From assembly GCA_964385615.1 (NCBI GenBank), contig CAYLPP010000008.1, positions 31,150 to 95,149 of the forward strand: a DNA stretch of 64,000 nucleotides. Reading direction: 5' to 3'. The notes beneath the pieces were generated by a model. The model was not told the DNA's origin and made no database searches. It saw nothing but the letters and a program-made list of their open reading frames with translations. This DNA comes from an uncultured bacterium. Its GTDB lineage: Bacteria; Omnitrophota; Omnitrophia; Omnitrophales; Aquincolibacteriaceae. A program made the translations under genes and the position numbers. How positions within the stretch are numbered: position 1 is the stretch's first letter; the number at the start of each line of letters is the position of its first letter. Positions 11,801 through 19,340 of this stretch are shown here, piece by piece.

Positions 11801-14800
11801 ATTCAAAATGCTTTCTCCTTCGGCAGGGGATGTGTGGACCGTTGGGAGTTCGAGAAAAATCGAATGGAAAACTACCGGGCATGTGCAGAAAATCTGGCTC
11901 CAGTTTATGGCGGATGGAAAAAAATGGCAGCAGCTGGCCGGACCGCTTCCGGACGGCGGTTTCTATGAATGGACGGTTCCCGATCATATTTCCTCTGAAG
12001 TCAAAATCCGGATTCTGGACGGTGACAATGACAAGGCGTTTGCCGAATCCTCTCCGTTTAAAATTACAGGAACGCTGACGCTTCAGACGCCTGCCGGCGG
12101 AGAAGTCTGGGAAACAGCTTCGCGTCACGAAATCCGCTGGGCGGCTTCAGGGTCTATTTCTAAAGTCCGGCTGGAAGCCGTGGAAGAACCGCTTAATGCC
12201 GGTGACGCGGTTCAGCCCGCGGTGATTATCGCGGAGTCCGTGAACAATAAAGGTTCTTTTGAGTGGGCGGTTCCCGACCGTATTTCAGACCGTTTGAAAG
12301 TCCGGGTAACGGATGCCTCCGATGCTTCCGTGTCGTCGCAGTCCGCGAATCCTTTCTCGATTATCGCGCACCTTGAAGTTAAGAATCCCAAACGGGGCGA
12401 TATTTGGACTGTGGGTTCGGATCACGAGATTGTCTGGACGGTTTCCGGTACGGTGCCCACGGTCCGGCTGGAATATTCGCGCGACGATTTTTACCGTGAA
12501 ACGAATCTGATTGCTTCTGACGCGCCGAACACAGGGGCCGCGATGTGGACTGTTCCCGATGCGATTTACGACGCGTTGAAAGTCCGTGTTTCAGATTCCC
12601 GTGATATCCGCGCTTTTGGGCTTTCCGAACCTTTTAAAGTCCGCGGGGAATTTGCTTTCGTGAAGCCGGAGCCGGGGCAGGTCTGGCGTGTGGGATCTCT
12701 CCAGTCCGTGGAGTGGCAGACGAAAGGAACGATTCCATCCGTGCGCATGGAATTTTCGCGTGATGATTTTCAAAGAGACATCCAGGTTATTTCCAATGTT
12801 CATGAAAACACGGGCCGGTTTGAATGGGCGGTGCCGGATGTCATTTCTAGAACGCTTAAGCTCCGGATCCTTGACGAAAAAGACGCGTCGGTTTTAGCGG
12901 TTTCCAATCCGCTCAAGGTGGAGGGCGGACTCGCGCTTAAGTCGCCGATGGGCGGAGAAAAATTTCAGGTCCTTTCCACACAGAAAATTGCCTGGGATAC
13001 GACGGGGAGCATTTCGAAAGTCCGCGCCGAATATTCCAAGGATGATTTCAATAATGACGTGCATCTGATAGCGTCAGACCTCAAGAATGAAGGTTCTTTT
13101 GATTGGCTGGTACCGGATGACGTGGCCGATACGCTCAAGGTCCGGGTTATGGACGCGGGAGATTTTTCAGTGAATTCAATCAGCCCCGCGTCTTTCGCGG
13201 TTCGCGGGTCTCTTCTGATGACGACGGCGTCTGCCGGTCAGCGTTGGGCGGTGGGTTCTGAGCGCGAAATCAGCTGGGAAACAGTCGGCACGATTCCTTT
13301 TGTTACGGTTCAGTATTCCAAAGATGACTTTCAAAAAGATATTCGCCTCATTGCTGAAAACGCCGTGAACCGCGGAAAAATAAACTGGACGGTTTCGGAT
13401 GATATCTCCACGACCGTGCGCCTTCGGATTTTTGACGCGGCTCATGGCGAAATTTCCGCGACGGCGGCGGATCCTCTTTCTATTGTCGGAGCGCTGAACT
13501 GGACTTCCGTCACACCAGGTACTTCCGGTGTGGTTGGGGAACCTCTTCTCTTGAAATGGAATTCTCAGGGAACGATTCCTGTCGTCCGGCTGGAATATGG
13601 CCAGCAAACCGGTTCCGGGGCTGAGGATTGGAAGCTGGTAACAGGCTCTCTTGAAAATAAGGGCGAGTTTTCCTGGGTTGTTCCTGATTTTATTACCGAC
13701 CGGGCGGTGTTGAAAATTTCTGATGCCCGTGACGCCGGAACTTCCGCCGTTTCCCCGGCCTTTAAAATCAGCGGAAAACTGACGATGGGTCTTCCTTCCG
13801 GCGGGGAACGGTGGATTGTGGGAACTTCGCATGATCTGGTCTGGAACACTTCAGGGTCCGTGCGCAGTGTCGCCCTGGAGTATTCTTCCGATGGATTTAG
13901 AAAAGATATTCAGCAGGTGACTTCCGCGCCGATTACAAACACCGGACGGTATCTTTGGACGGTTCCGGACCGGATATCCGATAAAGTGCAGATTCGAGTT
14001 AAAGATGCCGGTTCCCAGGCTTTGGAAAGCGTCTCCGGCGTTTTTTCAATTGCCGGCGATCTGGCTTTTCTGAATCCTTCGGGCACGGTTTCCTGGCAGC
14101 TTGAAGTTCCTCAGACGATTGAATGGCAAACGGTCGGATCGATTCCTTTTGTGCGTCTCGAAGCGATCTCCGCGGACGGCGGTGAGGGCGGGGAAAGCGG
14201 TTCGGTTTTGGCTGCCCGTATTGAAAACACCGGAAAATTTACCTGGAATATTCCCGACCACGCGCCTGCCCGCGTGAAATTGCGCGTTGTGAATGCCGAT
14301 GACAGCGCTGTTTTTGCCGAAACTCCCGAACCTGTTCAGATTTTTGGGGTGCTTAATTTTACGGCTCCGGCTGAGAAACAGGTGTGGACGGTTGGAAGCA
14401 CCCAGGATATTGCCTGGACGACCCGGGGATTTGCGCCGAATGTGAAGCTGGAATTTTCACGGGATGGTTTCAGGAAAGATATTCAAATAATTTACCCGCT
14501 GATTCCCAACAACGGTTCTGTTCAATGGCAGGTTCCGGATGTCATTACTCCGGAATTATGGCTTCGCGTTTCTGACGCCGATCATCCCCGTGTTTCGGCG
14601 GTGACTTCCCAGCCTGTTGCCGTGAAGGGCGCGTTGGAAATTACGGCGCCCGTTGACAGCGCTCCCGCGGAAGTTGGCGAGAAGCAGGAGATTGTCTGGA
14701 AGACCATCGGCTCCATTCCGTTTGTGCGGGTGGAATATTCCGCGGATGGTTTTACGGCGACTCAACAGGTCATCGCTGAAAAAGTTCCCAATACCGGGCG

Positions 14801-17800
14801 TTTTACCTGGGATATTCCCGCGGCCGCGCGCCAAAAACTTTCCGTGCGGGTTTCTGATGATGCCGATCCCGGCGTCTTTTCAGTTTCACGGCCGTTTGGG
14901 GTGCACGGCAAACTCGAGCTTCTTTCACCCCGGGGCGGTGAAATCTGGAAGGTTGACGAGACCGCGGTTATTCAATGGAATACGCTGGGCAATGTTGAGT
15001 TTGTCAAAATCGAATATTCTTCCGATGAATTTATAACGTCTGATCTGATTACTGCCCGGGCGGAAAATAAGGGTAGTTTCGCTTGGCGGGTTCCGACGTC
15101 AGCGAATCAGCCGGTCAAAATCCGTGTTTCTGACGCGGATGATCCGGCGGTTTCCGCTGTGACCGCGACTCCGCTTAAGGTTCAGGGTGTGTTTGAGTTT
15201 CTGGCTCCGCAAGGCGGGGAGTTCTGGATTTCCGGCACGGAACAGCCCGTCATCTGGCAGACCCGGGGCAGTATTCCGTATGCTTCCCTTGAATATTCCA
15301 CGGACAATTTCAATACGGCGATTCCGGTGATGCTGGGATTCGTGAATGAAGGGCGCGTCAAGTGGACAGTGCCCGATACCGCTTCCGACACCCTGAAATT
15401 CAGAGTTACGGACGCGCGTGATCAATCCGTTTTCGCCGTTTCCGCTCCGGTTCGTGTCGGTGGGCGTCTCCAGCTTCTGTCTCCTTCAGGAGAGCTTCTT
15501 CGGGTGGGACAGGAAACCTCCATTAGGTGGAAGACGACCGGTGTGATTCCGAAAGTGCGTCTGGAATATTCCGGAGACGCTTTCAAACAGGATGTCCAGG
15601 TGCTCCAGGATTCCGTGGACAATCTTTCAGAGCAGGGGGAATTCACCTGGAAAGTTCCGGATATGATCTCGAAAGATTTGCAGGTGCGTGTTTCCGATAT
15701 TCAACACTCTGATATTTATGATGTTTCCGCCGTTCCGTTTAAAATTGCCGGAACGCTCCGCATGACGGCCCCTCGTGCAGGGGAGACTTGGCCTGTCGCG
15801 GGACGCCGGACTTTGGAGTGGGAAACTTCCGGAACGATTCCCTTTGTGCGGCTTGAATACTCTGCCAATAATTTCGTGACCGCGGTGCCGATGGATTTGC
15901 GTTTGGTGAACACCGGAAGATTTGATTGGACGGTTCCTGATCTTTCAGGGCAGGAGATTCAGTTTAGAATTTCCGACGCGGACGATTCCGCGGTTTCGGA
16001 TATGACGCCGTTCCGCGTGGCGGTGCGGGGAATTCTTACTTTGACGTCTCCGCTGGGTGATGAAGTCTGGCAGGCCCGCAGTGAACATCCCGTTACCTGG
16101 ACGACTACCGGAACTGTGCCGAACGTGAGTCTCGAATATGTTTCAGGGCTGTCGCCGGTTCCCGTTAAAATAGCCGAAGCGATTGCCAACACCGGCAGTT
16201 ATGTCTGGAAAGTTCCGGATCAGACACTTCGTTCTGTTAAAGTCAGAGTTTCTGACAGCCGGAATCCCATGATTTACAGTGAGTCTCCGGTTTTTGAAAC
16301 GCGCGGCAGTCTGAGTCTGAACGCTCCTCAGGGGGGCGAAATCTGGATTGCGGGGACCGAACATCCGGTTTTGTGGACATCCACTGGAAGCATTGAAAAA
16401 GTCCGGTTGGAATATTCCATTGATCAATTCAATACGGTAACGCCTGTTTCTCTATCGCTTCCAAACGAAGGCCGTTACCAGTGGCGCGTTCCGGACGCGA
16501 TTTCCCGGAATGCTCAAATCCGCGTGAGCGACGCCGCTCAGCCGGAAGTGCGCGCTGAAAGCCGGACCTTTGAAATTCGCGGGGCTTTGACGCTGATTAA
16601 TCCTATCGGCGGGGAAGACTGGGCTGTGGGAAGCCGGCATCCGGTTTCCTGGGAAACGACTGGAACGATTCCGCAGGTTAAAGTCGAATACTCTTCGGAT
16701 GATTTTAGAAATGACATTCAGCTGGTGACGCCCGCGACGGCGAACAAAGGCGTTTATTATTGGGATATCCCCTCGCTTCAGGCAACCCAGATTAAAGTCC
16801 GTGTGGTGGATACGGCTAATCCCGATGTTTTTGATATTTCCCGCAACCCGGTCCGGATCGCGGGTGACCTTGAATTGATCACGCCTTCGAACGGAGAAAC
16901 TTACCGTGTGGGTGAAAAGATTCAGGTGCGCTGGCGGGCGACTCCGAATATTGCCAACGTTAAACTGGAATATTCCGCGGATGATTTTAAGACGGCTGTT
17001 CTGATCAGTAATTATGTTCCTAATACCGGAACTTTTGACTGGAATATTCCGGACCGGCTTTCAGAGAATCTGCGTGTTCGTATTTCTGACGCGGCCAATG
17101 CCATTGTTTCGGACACGTCAAAAATTCCTTTCCGGATTCAGGGAGCGTTCAAACTGACATCTCCCCTGGGAGATCAGGTCTGGACGGTCGGAAGCCGTCA
17201 GAAAATCAGCTGGAACACTTTAGGAAGTGTCGCCAAGGTCCGTCTTGAGTATTCTTCGGATAATTTCAAGACGGCTATCCCTATTGCAGCGGGGCTTGAT
17301 AACCAGGGTTCGTTTGACTGGAGTGTTCCCGAGTTGGGCCAGGACATTCAAATCAAAGTTTCCGATGCGTCGGTTTCAGCGGTTCAGGCAGTTACGGACG
17401 GAAAAATTCATGTGGTGGGCCGTTTGGAACTGATCACTCCCGCGGCGGGTGAACGCTGGATTGTGGGTGAAGAACGTGTTATCCGTTGGAGAGTTTTAGG
17501 CCTCATGCCCAAAGTGGATCTCGAATATTCCAAAGACGGATTCAGCCGGGATATTCATTTGATTGCCGAAAATGTTCCGAATTTCGGAAGTTACGCTTGG
17601 AAAATTCCCAATGATCCGGCAGATAAAGTGACGGTGAGAATCCGGAGTGCGGGAGATCATAAGGTTTTTGATGTTTCTGAGGCGCCTTTCCGGATTGATT
17701 ACAATCATGTCAGCTGGACGGTCCGCGATCTGCGCACGGGTGAGCATCTGGTCGGTTTGACTTTGACGGACAGCACCGGCAAAACCCGTTCTGGTTTGAG

Positions 17801-19130
17801 TTCTCCGCTGAGCCTGGATTATCCGTATGGAATTTATACGACGGTCTGGTCAAAGCCTGGCTATGGAGAATTTCAGAGTACCTGGCTGGCGGATAAGGAC
17901 ATGGGCTTCATGGTTTCGCTTAATCCTGAAGAAAAAACGCCTGAGACGGTGCGATTTGATTTCCGTTATGACGCTGACCGCGACTTGATGAGTATCCGAA
18001 GCTGGTATGAGCTGGACGGCGCGGCTGTTTCCTCCGTGGTAAAGTCCGAAGTTAAAATTTATCAGGGCACGGAAATGATCAAAACGCTGATTTCGACCAC
18101 GCCTGACACGAATGGAATTTTTTCTATGGTTTGGGATACCCGTCAAGTTGCCGGAAATACCCGCTACGTGGCTTCGGCCTCCATTACAACGGCGGATGGG
18201 AGAACGCTTGCGAGCCCGGTTTCCTATCAGCTGGATATTCCGGTCAAGGAGTTCAAAGAACCCGCGCCTCGTCAGAGCGTCGCTTCGGTTTATTTGAAGC
18301 CGTTGGCTCTTCCGGCTTCAGGTCCCGCGAAACCGCCTGTTGCCGCGCCGGTTTCCGTGAAGCCTCAGGTTCAGAGTGTTTCGAAACCTGCTATTTCTGA
18401 AAAACAAGAAACTTCGGCTCCGATATCCGCTGAACCGCTTTCAGTATTACAGCGTGCCTCAGAATTTAAACTGTCCGCTCCGTCAGAAGCCGTGATTAAC
18501 GAAACGGTTTCGATTGCTTTTACGGGGGATCGGGGTGCCCGCCCCGTTCTGGATATTTATGACGCGAACCGGCGCTTGATTTTACGCGCGCAGCCGATGA
18601 CGATGCAGCCGGACGGCCAGTTTGTTTATCTTCTGCCGGTTAAAGGGTACTCGTTTATTCCGGGTAAATCCGTTACGGTAACCGCGGTGGATCTGACTTC
18701 GCAGCAATTTAAGTCGGTTTCTATTATGATCAAGTCGGCCGCTTCAGCCCTCGGCCTTGACCGGCAAGCCGGAATGATTTCGGCTCAGGAACTTGTTTCC
18801 AGACTGGATGATATTATTCGTGACATTCAAGTGTTTCAGAAAAGTAGAACTGAATGGGAGAAGATGCTTCCGCGCATTGAAAACGGCATTTCCAATTTAG
18901 CCGGTTCCCTGACCCGTCCGGATCTTCCTGACGCAGTGATTTCAAAAGTCAATGATCTGAGCCAGGCTTTGGCCGGGCTCTTGGAAAGCAGGGGGTACAG
19001 CTCCTCTTTCCTTGCGGATTCTCATGTGGCAGAGGGGGCTCCCGCCCGCGAGATGGAAAGCCAGTTACGGCTGTTCCAGGATGCCATTCAGATGCTCCGC
19101 CGCCTTTACGACAGCACTGTTTCCAATTAA
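2862..19130 (+). CDS. Giant secreted multi-domain protein (5,422 aa): signal peptide, 4x LamG_3 lectin-like domains, 40 tandem ~90-aa beta-sandwich repeats, conserved C-terminal module
   Basis: A single uninterrupted ORF with a GTG start. The signal peptide is RGGKKTGVFLQAGFLSLFFLFFLATSSFA|E. Four domains carry the LamG_3 signature (ALWHLDE..G....DS.G...; VWQHVTAVY..DLRIYVNG; VWQHVAVTW; RWHHLALTADGRNLFLYIDG; KWNHVAAVFDRKEVRLYING). From aa ~1187 there are 40 repeats with the consensus xPNGGExWxxGxxxxIxWxTxGxIxxVxLEYSxDxFxxDxxxIAxxxxNxGxYxWxVPDxxSxxVKVRVSDxxDPxxxDxSDxxFxIxG. Confidence 0.9.
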   Translation: MIKPAQRGGKKTGVFLQAGFLSLFFLFFLATSSFAEIRQWDFDNPEDYQFDQNQIKIKDGKASLIPVAPYRDAGAQSFQRGQFDLNTTVDRGTLELSLRGPQETAGPELPSPVGNREPGLAALWHLDEPNGTNLLDSVGRTVAKASDAEVVSGQTGFGYARLFDGEKSFVFIPHYETLSLRGPFSIETWIRPLAVKSSKPQTIVSRWQTVGAQRGFALQINTEGKLDFLVSADGATVTHQLGNTVLSDGVWQHVTAVYTGSDLRIYVNGILDSAPLAFSGPVYFADNPVYLGALVDNRVDQFYQGVIDEVAIYQRPLTETETLTHFGNIQGLAGLWHLNERGGVLADASGYGQNGNVSGDVRYETEGRMGTGLGFSGHNAYAQIAGSSRLAPQGQITLEAWIKPEVFPGLGRRASVLSIYEEPAPGGAPGGGEISLSVLGPDGRIAAYASKLQPAEVRGRISLTPGVWQHVAVTWSEGRVQIYNNGIRDTSSAYTGSLDFVSKAAMRLGTDASGTSAFQGSIDEVAVYRRARTGSEIAASAGLFAPSGIFTSEVKDAGGVSPWKTVEWKLPLDYGLANNGQEAGLLHLFHLDDREGSGITNSKGEIQASPIGTYPVPGIFGQARWFAGKGYDKILSQKDFPALSTFSISCWFEFASGQAGLSDRIFSIGDGNPTVFRAGDGRMHVQMQGAREIIGDRILGDSRWHHLALTADGRNLFLYIDGLLDGVSPFMTASAQSPLVLGNLKSTDTFQGAIDEFLFYNYPLDRDTVLQQFLRGQMDAKMLVRSSDSKDFSSAAWRGPQGVKLEEEPAMFTSALWHFDEKVFRGQPGEIQDAGHFANHGTVFGKISSFSDSISGSAVRFNGSTDFIRVTDTDSLHPDKFTISAWVRPDEMAEGQVTLIDKQFKAGAPVFSSFALDLIAGNRLALRLGRPGGYRQIETGRDGEVAAGKWNHVAAVFDRKEVRLYINGKKVKTADFREPVPYDDGPLYFGRYASSEARYFRGALDEVHLMNTPATDAEIESRFAQADPGNFFRPSVETPAGVSPARYFQYRVFLSTRQPFASPAVSEVNLRGSSFPAGRPAVSPRSGISYAEISSFTDKKGAGNAGHVTYQISPDGSNWFFHNGRRWVVAAGSNESNTSDQIQTQVNSFAKEVGMGSFYFRAFLQSPTGMEPAEIEDVEVEYLPNKVTVTSPNGGEALLTGTSQVIRWNTAGEMKKVSIEYSKDGFHNDFHEIAKGIDNTGSFEWKVPDDLSTSVKVRVMDSLDPRIYDMSDISFRVTGKFELITPNSEERWMAGSPQKIVWRTQGKIPEVKLDYSTDGFEKTVFPIVDSVKNEGSFEWKVPDHLSKFVKVRVSDVRDPEVFDKSNDSFSITGGLGILSPQLGTRWITGSQQEIRWQSVGTIPLVNIEYFTSGRGDWVRIAENFESRGSFMWQVPDDIDGQVQIRVIDASDLRVSAESEPFAIVGGLRLLNPKGGEQWTAGTRRKIAWETIGSIPAVNLEYKSGADTAWQTIEKNTANTGSYVWEVPASLNGALTVRVVDARDPFTEAVHASASSVIPGFHLQAPNGGEEWKIGTEQQIIWETTGESSQVRLEYSKDGFKSDIHEIIAAASNLGSFTWTVPDDASQNVWIRVSDSNNSTAQSSSNASFRIYGGFEIQIPKGGEKFEVGSQATFVWDTLGTLPNVRLEYSHDDFAKDSRLIEASAPNEGRYTWTVPDDIGDGYRLRISDTRDPKTEAYSKEPFAVMGNFHLIYPVGGEDLIAGTVARIAWRGAGSVPVVRIDYSEDDFQKSFNTITDKAPNNGAYDWTVPNLIGRQFKIRVWDPSQPDSVDVMKQSARIVGGFRLMEPNGGEVLYVGDRSMIKWETSGTLPRVKLELSTDNFTRDISVIADSYPNNGQYDWLVPDAPSGRYKVRVSDPRDVTAFDISNADFLIRSRFTLQSPNGGEGWAVGEKKDIRWQTSAAVSQVRLDFTTNDFQSVSVIDKLAPNTGLYEWTVPDQVSENVRLRVSDTKDPEAFDVSDAPFRIQGIFHLTSPNGGEVWKTGEQRAITWQTTGQIEGVRLEYSRDGFSSESRVIVESTPNTGHFNWTVPDDVSAQVKVKVMDVKNLEVQDASDQNFEIVGSFVVLAPNGGESWHATEKREITWMTVGTVKDISIDYSGDDFKTYETIEHGLMNTGRYTWDVPDRLGENFKVRICDTDNPHGCDFSDNVFAVRSPLEITAPRGGEEWLVGSNQEIRWNTYGSVRRVAVSYASKPGNWIKLIDELPNEGHFLFRVPDDISREVLFKVTDYDNEVLSSVSRGPLAILGSFDLITPDGGQKWAAGTTQKISWDTLGAVSNARLEYSFDDFKNDINLIESSIPNTGSYEWKVPAKTGLTAKVRIADANHTEAFDTSKEVFKIMPGMTVISPNGGEQWTAGHKEKITWKTEGKSDWVRIEYSTGSKPAVVPEGLIGPLPAPVSEWKVITDRAPNGGYYEWEVPTQNGTEYKIRVVDALDSDAVDESDNFFEVKPEILLNHPVGKENFRVGEQAEILWDTVGTIPFVKVEYSLDGFNKDIRPIADKLANEGKLLWTVPDTITDNAKIRVSSSDDALVRAVSPAPFKILPPFEILVPTGIEKWTVGTEQTLKWDWRGTVETVKLEYSVNDFSSSTVLIPAAPNKGFFVWTVPDLAHAQVSLKVSDPRYPEASAVSKPFKIIPGFKMTAPAGGEKFDTGSRQNIEWQTAGLSTKVKLEYGVVRDGVTVWKTIENVIRNSGRYEWKVPDDLSSQVKVRVSDVLDSAAFAENEGTFKILGVFKLLSPRADELLRINDRFQIRWETQGKVPSVKIEYTDAPERADAYKPVENLWQNNGNYFWTVPDTASEKVWLKISDAAEPDAFRLSEAPFKIRGSLAWDMPVEAGGLNWPVGSQQTLKWVTVGTLPRVNLEYTTDQKTWKTIASGVSNAGSFGWTVPDDTSRNVLLRISDPDLPVISDVTERPLTISAEFKMLSPSAGDVWTVGSSRKIEWKTTGHVQKIWLQFMADGKKWQQLAGPLPDGGFYEWTVPDHISSEVKIRILDGDNDKAFAESSPFKITGTLTLQTPAGGEVWETASRHEIRWAASGSISKVRLEAVEEPLNAGDAVQPAVIIAESVNNKGSFEWAVPDRISDRLKVRVTDASDASVSSQSANPFSIIAHLEVKNPKRGDIWTVGSDHEIVWTVSGTVPTVRLEYSRDDFYRETNLIASDAPNTGAAMWTVPDAIYDALKVRVSDSRDIRAFGLSEPFKVRGEFAFVKPEPGQVWRVGSLQSVEWQTKGTIPSVRMEFSRDDFQRDIQVISNVHENTGRFEWAVPDVISRTLKLRILDEKDASVLAVSNPLKVEGGLALKSPMGGEKFQVLSTQKIAWDTTGSISKVRAEYSKDDFNNDVHLIASDLKNEGSFDWLVPDDVADTLKVRVMDAGDFSVNSISPASFAVRGSLLMTTASAGQRWAVGSEREISWETVGTIPFVTVQYSKDDFQKDIRLIAENAVNRGKINWTVSDDISTTVRLRIFDAAHGEISATAADPLSIVGALNWTSVTPGTSGVVGEPLLLKWNSQGTIPVVRLEYGQQTGSGAEDWKLVTGSLENKGEFSWVVPDFITDRAVLKISDARDAGTSAVSPAFKISGKLTMGLPSGGERWIVGTSHDLVWNTSGSVRSVALEYSSDGFRKDIQQVTSAPITNTGRYLWTVPDRISDKVQIRVKDAGSQALESVSGVFSIAGDLAFLNPSGTVSWQLEVPQTIEWQTVGSIPFVRLEAISADGGEGGESGSVLAARIENTGKFTWNIPDHAPARVKLRVVNADDSAVFAETPEPVQIFGVLNFTAPAEKQVWTVGSTQDIAWTTRGFAPNVKLEFSRDGFRKDIQIIYPLIPNNGSVQWQVPDVITPELWLRVSDADHPRVSAVTSQPVAVKGALEITAPVDSAPAEVGEKQEIVWKTIGSIPFVRVEYSADGFTATQQVIAEKVPNTGRFTWDIPAAARQKLSVRVSDDADPGVFSVSRPFGVHGKLELLSPRGGEIWKVDETAVIQWNTLGNVEFVKIEYSSDEFITSDLITARAENKGSFAWRVPTSANQPVKIRVSDADDPAVSAVTATPLKVQGVFEFLAPQGGEFWISGTEQPVIWQTRGSIPYASLEYSTDNFNTAIPVMLGFVNEGRVKWTVPDTASDTLKFRVTDARDQSVFAVSAPVRVGGRLQLLSPSGELLRVGQETSIRWKTTGVIPKVRLEYSGDAFKQDVQVLQDSVDNLSEQGEFTWKVPDMISKDLQVRVSDIQHSDIYDVSAVPFKIAGTLRMTAPRAGETWPVAGRRTLEWETSGTIPFVRLEYSANNFVTAVPMDLRLVNTGRFDWTVPDLSGQEIQFRISDADDSAVSDMTPFRVAVRGILTLTSPLGDEVWQARSEHPVTWTTTGTVPNVSLEYVSGLSPVPVKIAEAIANTGSYVWKVPDQTLRSVKVRVSDSRNPMIYSESPVFETRGSLSLNAPQGGEIWIAGTEHPVLWTSTGSIEKVRLEYSIDQFNTVTPVSLSLPNEGRYQWRVPDAISRNAQIRVSDAAQPEVRAESRTFEIRGALTLINPIGGEDWAVGSRHPVSWETTGTIPQVKVEYSSDDFRNDIQLVTPATANKGVYYWDIPSLQATQIKVRVVDTANPDVFDISRNPVRIAGDLELITPSNGETYRVGEKIQVRWRATPNIANVKLEYSADDFKTAVLISNYVPNTGTFDWNIPDRLSENLRVRISDAANAIVSDTSKIPFRIQGAFKLTSPLGDQVWTVGSRQKISWNTLGSVAKVRLEYSSDNFKTAIPIAAGLDNQGSFDWSVPELGQDIQIKVSDASVSAVQAVTDGKIHVVGRLELITPAAGERWIVGEERVIRWRVLGLMPKVDLEYSKDGFSRDIHLIAENVPNFGSYAWKIPNDPADKVTVRIRSAGDHKVFDVSEAPFRIDYNHVSWTVRDLRTGEHLVGLTLTDSTGKTRSGLSSPLSLDYPYGIYTTVWSKPGYGEFQSTWLADKDMGFMVSLNPEEKTPETVRFDFRYDADRDLMSIRSWYELDGAAVSSVVKSEVKIYQGTEMIKTLISTTPDTNGIFSMVWDTRQVAGNTRYVASASITTADGRTLASPVSYQLDIPVKEFKEPAPRQSVASVYLKPLALPASGPAKPPVAAPVSVKPQVQSVSKPAISEKQETSAPISAEPLSVLQRASEFKLSAPSEAVINETVSIAFTGDRGARPVLDIYDANRRLILRAQPMTMQPDGQFVYLLPVKGYSFIPGKSVTVTAVDLTSQQFKSVSIMIKSAASALGLDRQAGMISAQELVSRLDDIIRDIQVFQKSRTEWEKMLPRIENGISNLAGSLTRPDLPDAVISKVNDLSQALAGLLESRGYSSSFLADSHVAEGAPAREMESQLRLFQDAIQMLRRLYDSTVSN
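3170..5900 (+). other. Four tandem LamG/concanavalin-A-like (Laminin_G_3-type) domains within giant protein 1
   Basis: The LamG_3 motif set recurs four times: LWHLDExxG...DSxG...GxxxxGxxGxAxxFDG...(W)xHVAxxxDxxxxxLYxNG...DEVxIY. Confidence 0.7.
6421..17696 (+). repeat. In-frame tandem array of 40 copies of a ~88-92-aa (264-276 nt) beta-sandwich repeat
   Basis: I counted 40 consecutive units ending in the W-x-VPD ... KVRV(S)D ... F-x-I-x-G motif (for example FEWKVPDDLSTSVKVRV, FEWKVPDHLSKFVKVRV). The units are divergent at nucleotide level and conserved at key hydrophobic, W and G positions. Confidence 0.85.
17697..19130 (+). other. Unique C-terminal module of giant protein 1, paralogous to the C-terminus of giant protein 2
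   Basis: It begins DYNHVSWTVRDLRTGEHL...PYGIYTTVWSKPGYGEF. Giant protein 2 has the matching DYYYITWDIRDLRTNAPL...PYGIWGTTFSKTQYGDL, and the two share an identical 15-mer ccgcgatctgcgcac. The tail is predicted helical/coiled. Confidence 0.7.
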
Positions 19131-19340
19131 TTTCTCAATACAAAGCCTAAAATAGAGCTAAAATTAATGGTATCATTAGTCGATATTACTAATCGGCTTA
19201 CCTATTTGCAATAAATAGTTATAAATTGCTAGTTAATGCAACTTGAATCTTAGCCGGAATAAGGCTATCCTTAGGAAAAGTTAGGTTTGATAACTTTAAA
19301 AATTAACCGCATAAACCTTAATAACCATCGTCCAATAGGC
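19131..19340. promoter_or_regulatory. AT-rich intergenic region, candidate promoter for the downstream PQQ-propeller gene
   Basis: Around 210 nt are markedly more AT-rich than the flanking coding sequence (aaattaatggtatcattagtcgatattactaat...ataaatagttataaattgc). Several TATAAT-like hexamers are present. Confidence 0.3.

Noticed and set aside
8637-16640. Long minus-strand ORFs inside giant gene 1 (for example 8637-9464, 275 aa; 9741-10406, 221 aa; 13176-13832, 218 aa)
   Set aside because: They lie entirely antisense to an uninterrupted 16.3-kb ORF with clear domain content. Their products are low-complexity R/G/P-rich strings typical of stop-poor antisense frames of GC3-rich repetitive genes. 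I saw no RBS or start context and no recognisable family.
19180-19200. Short AT-rich inverted repeat attagt-cgatatt-actaat in the giant gene 1 / PQQ intergenic region
   Set aside because: A 6-bp A/T stem is too weak to be a meaningful structure. It is likely just part of an AT-rich promoter region.
19287-19340. Upstream TTG start (19287) for the PQQ-propeller gene as given in the ORF track
   Set aside because: It would create a 35-aa N-region before the hydrophobic core. The ATG at 19341 gives a canonical signal peptide (MNLKIKNLRNTALILCGLLMTSGTSAVWA). The 19287 start is kept only as an alternative.
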